Shown piece by piece: positions 13,812 to 25,800 of a stretch of 64,000 bases of DNA. The position numbers were made by a program, and so were the translations under genes. Position 1 is the first letter of the stretch, and each line of letters starts with the position of its first letter. This DNA is from Macrostomum hystrix. Taxonomy: Eukaryota; Animalia; Platyhelminthes. The DNA lies in contig CATNEN010000038.1 of the NCBI GenBank assembly GCA_950097015.1, positions 30,318,001 to 30,382,000 of the forward strand, read 5' to 3'. The notes beneath the pieces were generated by a model, which saw only the letters and a program-made list of their open reading frames with translations, did not search any database and was not told the DNA's origin.

Positions 13812-16800
13812 ATGTCCCAATTCGAAGAAGTTCAAACGATGCCCTTAAATGGTAAGTGTTGTACTTTCAAAGTAGTCAAAAGTTTATAATTTTTTTTAAC
13901 TGTTACGATTTTTTACTCGTTGACCGAAGATTACGGAATCTTTAACAAAAGGTTAAACCTCTGCAGCAGATAAGAATAGAATAGGTTAAAGGTTCCGTAA
14001 TCTTCGGTCAACGTTATGTTATTACAAATGTTCTTACAAAATGAAAAATATTTGGCTAGATTGTAAGCTCTAACTCATAGAAAAAGAAAAAACTCCAAGC
14101 TGGTTTAAAGTTGTATTACTCTTTTACTTTTGAATGAATGATACTTTTATTTTAACTTACATTTTTCAGATCCATGTGGTCATAGTATAACTGGCGGTAA
14201 GTGAGTATGTTTTTTGCACGTGATTTGATGTTTTTAATCTATTTAAAAAACTAATTTTCCCGTCAATACGATGAGAAACATAGGGCATATGTACAAAAAG
14301 CTAAACCAAAAAATGCAATGGTATGCCCGCGTGTAGGTGTCCATGCGTTCCTGTGTGCTTTTTTGAGTCATAGATTCATAGATTAGATATTGGGAAATAT
14401 TGAATGATCTATAGTCTTCATAGTTCTGAAAGATGCATCGAAATCAACCAGGAAACAATGGGCAAGCCAAGTTCAACCGAAGGCGCGGCTCGGCGTGCCT
14501 AACAACGCCCCGTATTCTGATTTGCCTGCTGCTGCTAGTATTGCTGATCGTCATCACAGTCCTAGCCGTCATGCTCGCGCTTGGTCGCTGCCGTCGACCC
14601 GGCGAAAATACAGACGGCTCTGGTGACGCTGGCGAGGTCGCCAAAGTGTACTATGATCCGAAAAATGTGAAATGCTGGCACCAAGGTGTTCGTTTGCCCC
14701 GCAACGTCCTGCCTAGCCGCTATCTGCTAGTCATGCGACCATTGCTAAAGACGCAAAATGGTTCGATTCCCATTAATCACGGCATGGTTGAGATGACGGT
14801 GATCTGTCAGGAAGCTACTCGGGCAGTTATTTTTCACGTCGGCTCAGAACAGAACATCAGCCGGCTCACTGTGGCGTCCGACACCCTATCGGACCTTCCA
14901 CAGAGTGTCGAATGGACGCAGCACTGTGTGGGACTCTCGCAACTTTACCTCCAACTGGGTCGCGCCTGTCAGAAAAAGGAGCAAATGCGCATCACAATCG
15001 AATATAATCGGGTAATTGATAACAAGTTGGACGGCTTCTACCTGGGAACTTATCGGGACAAGAAAAAGGTTACAAGGTAAGACGCGTTTGCATATAGATT
15101 GCTCGAAGAATATTTTCTGTATTTATTCTCAAGCAAAAAGTAATTCAGGATCGACTCAAAAAGTCACTTGTGCATGCGAAACTAAAATTCAGCATCAGGC
15201 GTTCTTGTTCTATCTACTTCAGGCATCCCTGCTTATTTCGGGGTGGGACTGGCTGAAGCACCCACACGAACCAGACAGGTGCTAGTAAAGCTCATGTGGC
15301 ACGCATCTCACTAACTTTCAAATAGCTTCAGTGACAAAAAAAAATTACTATATTTCGCACTCTGTCCGTCGCTCAAAGCTTTGATAGTAGAACGAGATTA
15401 ATAATTCTTTAAACCAAGAGTATTACCCAACGAAGGCCATATTCTTATCAGCTGGAGTTTTCAAAGTTGACTTTGAGATCTGTGCTCAAAAGTACCGTAG
15501 TCGGACTGATTTGACAGAATGTTGAAGGGCACAAAACAGTTGCTATAGCGCAAAAAAGGATAGCTTTATAGTTTCACAATACCTAGATTTACAGGTGTAA
15601 TGGATGAACATAGCGAGTATTATTAGTACAGTAATGATGACTTCTCCGTGACCAAACTTCATCACAGCCTTTTTTAAGTGGTAATGAAATGTCAAAACAT
15701 GCGGAATTTCTGCAAATATCCTTCACTTACGCTTGCTAGAATATCCTTAGTACACACAGTTCAATGATCGTAAGCTTTTCGCTATTTATTTTAACACCTG
15801 CCCCAATTGGGTCAGATGTCCAGCCGACAGCCCTGTTCTAGTGCAGAGTCAGGAATCGAACCTTGGACCTCCCCAAGTCCTGAGTCCGCCGCCCTGTTCT
15901 AAATCTAAGCCTAAGAATAAAATTATGAATGAGACAGCACGCACTGTGTGCTTCTGATAGCTATAATAATAAGGTAGCGATCTGAATCGGAAATCGCTGG
16001 AGAAAACGTGCAACTAGTCCAACTAGTTTAATAAACGACTGCCGGAAAAATATCCAGAAAAGAAGGATTGATAACTTAAAGAAGAAAAAACAATCTACCA
16101 AAATTCCCGCTGAAAACTAAAGCCTTGTTCATCGTCAGAATTTTGACAAGCAAACAAAAAACGCACGCGGGTACACGCCAGGATGAAAGATTTTTAGTAT
16201 CCCAGGGTATTTACTGATCAAGAAAATGTCTTCCGCAGATGGTCCATTTTATTGACAGGACTATCTGATGAGCTGTGCTTGGTATAGATGAAGAAGAAAA
16301 ATCTAAAGCGATGCCAAAAAACCTCGTCTGTTTTCAAAATCGTCATCATCTCTTGTCCTGATAAGTCCTAAACCGCAGTTCTGTTTTTGACTTATTAAAC
16401 CTAGGTTAGGAACAAAAGTTTGTGTTTGCGTTCTGCAATCGACAATATGCATCGATTTGATGCTAGGATAATGATTTGTCATCAAAGTTGATAGAACCGA
16501 AACAAAATTCAAGTAAGAGAAAATCAAAACAAAAGTTTGGAAATGACTGCAGGCCAAAAGCACTTGTTTTACCTTACCAGCCTTTGCTAAATTTATTCAT
16601 AAATTATTCAACAGGAAATGGAAGTATGCGTGTAATATGAGCTATCATCTTGTTTATCGTACTAATAAAGGATGAAGAAGGGGTCATTTTAAACTGCATC
16701 GTAATTATTCTGTATTTTGGTTATTTGTTTTAATCAGGCATTAGTTTCCGGTTTTCGGGTGTTAGAATGAGGCCAGGGCTTGGGTTTGAGTAATTGCATT

Positions 16801-19800
16801 GAGACATCCTTTCTCCAGTCATGCGCCTGCATTGTATAGTGATGAATTTTTTAGGCTTCACTATGCAAAACTGTAATTATAAGTATTGTATCTTCTCATT
16901 AATCCTATATTCTCCTATATCCACGAGATCAAATTTCGTGAACTGTGATAGTTAGGAACGTTACAATCTAATTTATTGTTCGTCTTAAACAAAAGCCACA
17001 AAATTCATTATTGTCTAATAGGTTCACTCCAGTACCTTTCAGGTCTATTCTAATGTCCAAATCGTTCATTTCAATATCTAACAGGTTCATTCGGATATCT
17101 AACAACGTTTTTGCCAATGTCTAAAAAGCTCATTCCTATGTCTAACAGGTTCATTCCTATGTCTAACAGGTTCATTCCTATATCTAAAAGGTTCATTCCT
17201 ACGTCTAACAGGTGCATTCCTTATGTCTAACAGGTTCATTCCTATATCTAACAGGTTCATTCCTATATCTAACAGGTTCATTCCTATGTCTAACAGGTTC
17301 ATTCCTATGTCTAACAGGTTCATTCCAATATCTAACAGGTTCATTCCTATGTCTAACATGTTCATTCCTATATCTAACAGGTTCATTCCTATATCTAACA
17401 GGTTCATTCCTATGTCTAACAGGTTCATTCCTATGTCTAACAGGTTCATTCCTATGTCTAACAGGTTCATTCCTATGTCTAACAGGTTCATTCCTATGTC
17501 TAACAGGTTCATTCCTATGTCTAACAGGTTCATTCCTATGTCTAACAGGTTCATTCCTATGTCTAACAGGTTCATTCCTATATCTAACAGGTTCATTCCT
17601 ATGTCTAACAGGTGCATTCCTTATGTCTAACAGGTTCATTCCTATATCTAACAGGTTCATTCCTATGTCTAACAGGTGCATTCCTTATGTCTAACAGGTT
17701 CATTCCTATGTCTAACAGGTTCATTCCTATATCTAACAGGTTCATTCCTATGTCTAACAGGTGCATTCCTTATGTCTAACAGGTTCATTCCTATATCTAA
17801 CAGGTTCATTCCTATATCTAACAGGTTCATTCCTATGTCTAACATGTTCATTCGGATATCTAACAGGTTTATTTGGATTTCTTACAGGTGCAATAGGATA
17901 TTTAACAGGTTCATTTCAACGTCTAGCTAGTTCACCGCAATGTCAAATCTAATCTTGCAGGAACTTGGCATCGACTCACATGGAACCAATCTCAGCCAGG
18001 AAAGCGTTTCCCTGTTTCGATGAGCCGGACATGAAGGCAAAGTTTGAGCTGCACATGATTCGCGACGGCCAGTACCAAAGCTTGTTCAACATGCCTCTGG
18101 TTAGTTGGCTGAATGTCTCCCTTTCTCAAAATATCCCCGCCGGACACCCTAGTCCAAAAACAGATCTGGGATATAGTCATGTAACACCGCTCTCTGCCAT
18201 AGAACCACACCAGGCCGGACACAGCCTGCGGTCCGGACGCTGTTGACGGCTGCTACCGGGACGTGTTCGACGAGTCCGTGGTGATGAGCACCTACCTGGT
18301 GGCGTTCGCCATCCTGCCGTTGGATTATAAATCACTCACTAGCCAGGTGCCAACTAAATATGGCTCGGTTAAGGTGAGAATTTATTGGTGCATAATATGA
18401 GCCACATGTACAACTATTGCCCAAATAAAATAACCATGAGAGTAGCCCTATAATAATAAATTATTTTTCTGTGGATCGATAGCCAGCTAGGAGTCAAATG
18501 CTCCGTTTCGCACTCACACTAAAGGTGTGTGAGTCTGCCCTTTCTCATTGTCAGACAGTGTACACTTTCACTGTGCCTATACTCGGGATAGCTCACGAAA
18601 TCGAGCTGAGGGACCATAGTACGAGAGTCAAACGAGTTGGAGAGTTCTGCCAATCACCCCTTAACCCACACCTAAACCCTAACCCTAACCCTAACCCTAA
18701 CCCTAACCCTAGTCCTTTGTTCAGTCCGCGGACTGGTAAGGTCGCATCGCCTGCCCAAAATTCGACTCCAACATGCTGGTACCCATTTTACAGGTTAGGC
18801 GAACAGACAGCTATGGTTGTCCAACTCTGGACCTCTTGATCATTAAGAACAGGGGTAGGCAAACTTATTTGCCGGCGGGCCAAAGAGAGAACCTAAAAGA
18901 CGACAGCGGGCCGCATTGACTGAATAAATATGAGATAGGGGAGAGATGAGACACGGGAGAGATTAGACACGGGAGAGATTAGACACGGGAGAGATAAGAC
19001 ACGGGAGATATAAGACACGGGAGATATAAGACACGAGAGATATAAGACACGGGAGAGATGAGACACAGGAGAGATGAGACACGAGAGCGATGAGACACAG
19101 GAGAGATGAAACAGGACACTGTAGATGTCAGAAGGGGCAACGGGCCGGATTTGGGAGCTTCGAGGGCCGCATCTGGCCCGCGGGCCGGAGTTTGCCGACC
19201 CCTGATTAAGAACATTTTAAAATAATTTTTGCGCAGTAAGGGCAAATATAATATAATTGGGTATCACTATCGAACTGCAAGTTCACCCCCATACTTCAAG
19301 CCAGTGCGCGCTATTTGCCCTTTCGCATTGATCGTCTAATTTAAAACCCGGGTTTGTCAGGAAAAAAAGGCCTACTATACATTGGTGCAGCTATAATAGT
19401 TTGCATCCTTTTTCTACTGTAGCGAAAGAAGATTCTGCCATCTGATTAAGGAAAAGGTTTTTTATTATTGCGAAAACAATTCTCCCGAATTTAGCATCGG
19501 CGGAGGCATTCACGCACATGCTAGTGTAGTAAAAATGGATTTTTATGAAATACCTTATTTATCTATATCAAATTATATGCGAAAAAAGTTAATATTGCAT
19601 TGCGGAAGATTCTTATATTAAGCTCGTGTTACACAGCGCAGTTGGCTCGTATATTCTACATTCTTTAGCTAGCGCGCTTGCATGGGGAATGAGTTTAGTG
19701 TCGATTTGACAGTCAAGCTAAAGGTAAGATTTAATCTTCTCACCAGCTGTTGTCGATTTCTACTAGTAGATATAGTAGAAAAAAATCAATTCAGATTTGG

Positions 19801-22800
19801 TTTCATTCTTTCATTAATAAGAAGATTACTAAAGTATTATGAAATAGAAGTGTTCTGAAAACGATTTTTTCTTGTCAGACTTTTTGATTAACAATGTCTA
19901 GCTGCTAGGTAAATAAGAAGCAATAGAGTTGAAAGCCATTGGTAAATCAATTGCGTAATTGTGTAAGAATTCCACATAGATCAGAAAAATTGCATTTAAA
20001 AGCGTAATTTAAAATAATTTTTTTATACGCCTACCTGTTAGATACAACACCCTACCTGTTAGATACAACACCCTACCTGTTAGATACAACACCCTACCTG
20101 TTAGATACAACACCCTACCTGTTAGATACAACACCCTACCTGTTAGATACAACACCCTACCTGTTAGATACAACACCCTACCTGTTAGATACAACACCCT
20201 ACCTGTTAGATACAACACCCTACCTGTTAGATACAACACCCTACCTGTTAGATACAACACCCTACCTGTTAGATACAACACCCTACCTGTTAGATACAAC
20301 ACCCTACCTGTTAGATACAATACCCTACCTGTTAGATACAACACCCTACCTGTTAGATACAACACCCTACCTGTTAGATACAATACCCTACCTGTTAGAT
20401 ACAACACCCTACCTGTTAGATACAACACTCTACCTGTTAGATACAACACCCTACCTGTTAGATACAACACCCTACCTGTTAGATACAACACCCTACCTGT
20501 TAGATACAACACCCTACCTGTTAGATACAACACCCTACCTGTTAGATACTACACCCTACCTGTTAGATACAACACCCTACCTGTTAGATACAACACCCTA
20601 CCTGTTAGATACAACACCCTACCTGTTAGATACAACACCCTACCTGTTAGATACAACACCCTACCTGTTAGATACAACACTCTACCTGTTAGATACAACA
20701 CCCTACCTGTTAGATACAACACCCTACCGGTTAGATACAACACCCTACCTGTTAGATACAACACCCTACCTGTTAGATAGAACAACCTACCTGTTAGATA
20801 CACCACCCTACCTGTTAGATACAACACCCTACCTGTTAGATACAACACCCTACCTGTTAGCTACAACACCCTACCTGTTAGATACAACAACCTACCTGTT
20901 AGATACAACACCCTACCTGTTAGATACACCACCCTACCTGTTAGATACACAACCCTACCTGTTAGATAGAACACCCTACCTGTTAGATACACCACCCTAC
21001 CTGTTAGATAGAACACCCTACCTATTATATACAGCAACCTAACTGTTAGATACAGCACCCAACCTGTTAGATACAACACCCTACCTGTTAGATACAACAC
21101 CCTACCTGTTAGATACAACACCCTACCTGTTAGATACAGCACCCTACCTGTTAGATACACAACCCTACCTGTTAGATAGAACACCCTACCTGTTAGATAC
21201 AACACCCTACCTGTTAGATACAGCACCCTACCTGTTAGATACACAACCCTACCTGTTAGATACAACACCCTACCTGTTAGATACAACACCCTACCTGTTA
21301 GATACAGCACCCTACCTGTTAGATACACAACCCTACCTGTTAGATAGAACACCCTACCTATTAGATACAGCAACCTAACTGTTAGATACACCAACCGACC
21401 TGTTATATACAATAACTGTTAGACACAGCACCCTACATGTTAGATGCAACGCCGTACCTGTTAGATACAACACCCTACCTGTTATATACAATACTTGAAT
21501 ACCTGTTAGATAAATGTTGAATGAAACACTTCTACCAGTTTAAAAGCCTGGTTAACTAGGGTATAATAGATGTTAGACAGTCTGTCTGACATTTTAAACG
21601 AATATATTTTAACTTTTTATTGACCAGGTGGGCATCTGGGCGCCGTCCTACGCCAAAGATCATCTGCAGTTTGCTATGAATGTAACGGAGAAGGTTCTGC
21701 CATTCTTTGAAGAGTTTTTCAATTTGCCCTATCCGTTGCCAAAGCTTGGTAAATCCCTTTGCTATTTGGCTATGTTAATTCACGCTTTGAAATCGGAAGA
21801 GTCCATGCCGGCGATACCTGTTCGGAGGACAGTTAATGCCTGTTATACCGGTTGAAAGGAAATTGAATACCACTTGTTCCGGTCGCATTGGAGAACGGAT
21901 GCCTGTTATACCGGGTGGATGGAAGAATGAATGCCTGTTATACCGGGTGGATGGGTGAATGGATGCCTGTTATACCGGGTAGATGGAAGAATGAATGCCT
22001 GTTATACCGGGTGGATGGAAGAATGAATGCCAGTTATACCGGGTGGATGGGTGAACGGATGCCTGTTATACCGGGTGGATGGAAGAATGAATGCCAGTTA
22101 TACCGGGTGGATGGGTGAACGGATGCCTGTTATACCGGGTGGATGGAAGAACGGATGCCTGTTATACCGGGTGGATGGAAGAACGGATGCCTGTTATACC
22201 GGGTGGATGGAAGAATGAATGCCTGAAATACCGGGTGGATGGAAGAATGAATGCCTGTTATACCGGGTGGATGGAAGAATGAATGCCTGTTATACCGGGT
22301 GGATGGAAGAACGGATGCCTGTTATACCGGGTGAATGGAAGAGCGGATGCGTGTTATACCGGGTGGATGGAAGAACGGATGCGTGTTATACCGGGTGAAT
22401 GGAAGAATGAATGCCTGTTATACCGGGTGGATGGAAGAATGAATGCCTGTTATACCGGGTGGATGGAAGAATGAATGCCTGTTATACCGGGTGAATGGAA
22501 GAATGAATGCCTGTTATACCGGGTGGATGGAAGAATGAATGCCTGTTATACCGGGTGGATGGAAGAATGAATGCCTGTTTTACCGGGTGAATGGAAGAAT
22601 GAATGCCTGTTATACCGGGTGGATGGAAGAATGAATGCCTGTTATACCGGGTGGATGGAAGAACGGATGCCTGTTATACCGGGTGAATGGAAGAGACTGT
22701 TATTCCACAATATCAAAGAGATGAACTTTTGACTCCTAAACCGAACACCAAACGCAGATATGATCGGTGTCCCGGACTTTTCTGCTGGAGCCATGGAGAA

Positions 22801-25800
22801 CTGGGGCCTAATTATTTATCGATTTCTCACCTTGCTGTACGACCCAGTGTACACCCAGACACTGGAGAAGCAGAATGTTGCCGAGGTCATCACGCATGAG
22901 ATTGCTCATCAGGTGAGACTGATTTTTATAATTTTATAGTTTTGCTACGGTTAAATATAAAACAGTAAGACACTGTTACATGTCTAACATTTCTAACAGT
23001 AAGACACTGTTACATGTCTCACATTTCTAACAGTAAGACACTGTTACATGTCTAACATTTCTAACAGTAAGACACTGTTACATGTCTAACATTTCTAACA
23101 GTAAGACACTGTTACATGTCTAACATTTCTAACAGTAAGACACTGTTACATGTCTCACATTTCTAACAGTAAGACACTGTTACATGTCTCACATTTCTAA
23201 CAGTAAGACACTGTTACATGTCTAACATTTCTAACAGTAAGACACTGTTACATGTCTCACATTTCTAACAGTAAGACACTGTTACATGTCTCACATTTCT
23301 AACAGTAAGACACTGTTACATGTCTAACATTTCTAACAGTAAGACACTGTTACATGTCTCACATTTCTAACAGTAAGACACTGTTACATGTCTAACATTT
23401 CTAACAGTAAGACACTGTTACATGTCTAACATTTCTAACAGTAAGACACTGTTACATGTCTAACATTTCTAACAGTAAGACACTGTTACATGTCTAACAT
23501 TTCTAACAGTAAGACACTGTTACATGTCTAACATTTCTAACAGTAAGACACTGTTACATGTCTAACATTTCTAACAGTAAGACACTGTTACATGTCTCAC
23601 ATTTCTAACAGTAAGACACTGTTACATGTCTAACATTTCTAACAGTAAGACACTGTTACATGTCTAACATTTCTAACAGTAAGACACTGTTACATGTCTA
23701 ACATTTCTAACAGTAAGACACTGTTACATGTCTAACATTTCTAACAGTAAGACACTGTTACATGTCTAACATTTCTAACAGTAAGACACTGTTACATGTC
23801 TCACATTTCTAACAGTAAGACACTGTTACATGTCTCACATTTCTAACAGTAAGACACTGTTACATGTCTCACATTTCTAACAGTAAAACACTGTTACATG
23901 TCTCACATTTCTAACAGTAAGACAGGGTTAAATGCCTAACAGTTAGATATAGTCAAATGTCTAACACTTAGATATAGTCAAATGTCTAACACTTAGATAT
24001 AGTCAAATGTCTAACACTTAGATATAGTCAAATGTCTAACACTTAGATATAGTCAAATGTCTAACACTTAGATATAGTCAAATGTCTAACACTTAGATAT
24101 AGTCAAATGTCTAACACTTAGATATAGTCAAATGTCTAACACTTAGATATAGTCAAATGTCTAACAGTTAGATATAGTCAAGTGTCTAACAGTTAGATAT
24201 AGTCAAATGTCTAACAGTTAGATATAGTCAAATGTCTAACAGTTAGATACAGTTAAATGTCTAACAGTAAGATACTGTGAAACGTCTAACAGTAAGATAT
24301 AGTGAAATGTCTAACAGTAAGATATTGTGAAATGTCTAACAGTTAGATATAGTAAAATTTCTAACAGTAAGATATAGTAAAATGTCAAATTTAAACATGT
24401 GGACCTAGCTGGTTTGTATTACACTACTCACAAAGTGATTAGCATTGTAAGAGATTTTGGAGTGAGAACAGAGAGTGGACAAAAGTGACAAGGAATGGAT
24501 TAACGACGAATTAATCAAAGGCAAAATCAGGTTGGTCAAATGATTTATTCTTTTGTCGGCATCTCTAACGAAACGCAGAAACGTGATCATGGGAATAAAA
24601 AAACTTCATCTTCTTGAAAAAGAAAGGAGAAAGAAATTTTCCCACTAATTGATACGACGGCTTGGCATTTCGAATTTTACAAAGCGCTGAAACTACCTTA
24701 TTTTACCCCAACAAACTACTCCTCTAGTAGATCTATCTACCCCAACAAACTACTCCTCTAGTAGATCTATCTACCCCAACAAACTACTCCTCTAGTAGAT
24801 CTATCTACCCCAACAAACTACTCCTCTAGTAGATCTATCTACCCCAACAAACTACTCCTCTAGTAGATCTATCTACCCCAACAAACTACTCCTCTAGTAG
24901 ATCTATCTACCCCAACAAACTACTCCTCTAGTAGATCTATCTACCCCAATAAACTACTCCTCTAGTAGATCTATCTACCCCAATGAACTACTCCTCTAGT
25001 AGATCTATCTACCCCATTAAACTACTCCTCTAGTAGATCTGTCTACCCAATAAACTACTCCTCTAGTCGATCTATCTACCATAGCAAACAAAGTATCTAG
25101 TCGATCTATCTACCATAGCAAACAAAGCATCTAGTCGATCTATCTACCATAGCAAACAAAGTATCTAGTCGATCTATCTACCATAGCAAACAAAGCATCT
25201 AGTCGATCTATCTACCATAGCAAACAAAGCATCTAGTCGATCTATCTACCATAGCAAACAAAGCATCTAGTCGATCTATCTACCATAGCAAACAAAGTAT
25301 CTAGTCGATCTATCTACCATAGCAAACAAAGTATCTAGTCGATCTATCTACCATAACAAACAAAGCATCTAGTCGATCTATCTACCATAGCAAACAAAGC
25401 ATCTAGTCGATCTATCTACCATAGCAAACAAAGCATCTAGTCGATCTATCTACCATAGCAAACAAAGCATCTAGTCGATCTATCTACCATAGCAAACAAA
25501 GCATCTAGTCGATCTATCTACCATAGCAAACAAAGCATCTAGTCGATCTATCTACCATAATAAACTACTCCTCTAGTAGATCTATCTACCCCAATAAACT
25601 ACTCCTCTAGTAGATCGATCTACCATAGCAAACAAAGTATCTAGTCGATCTATCTACCATAGCAAACAAAGCATCTAGTCGATCTATCTACCATAGCAAA
25701 CAAAGCATCTAGTCGATCTATCTACCATAGCAAACAAAGTATCTAGTCGATCTATCTACCATAGCAAACAAAGCATCTAGTCGATCGATCTACCATAGCA

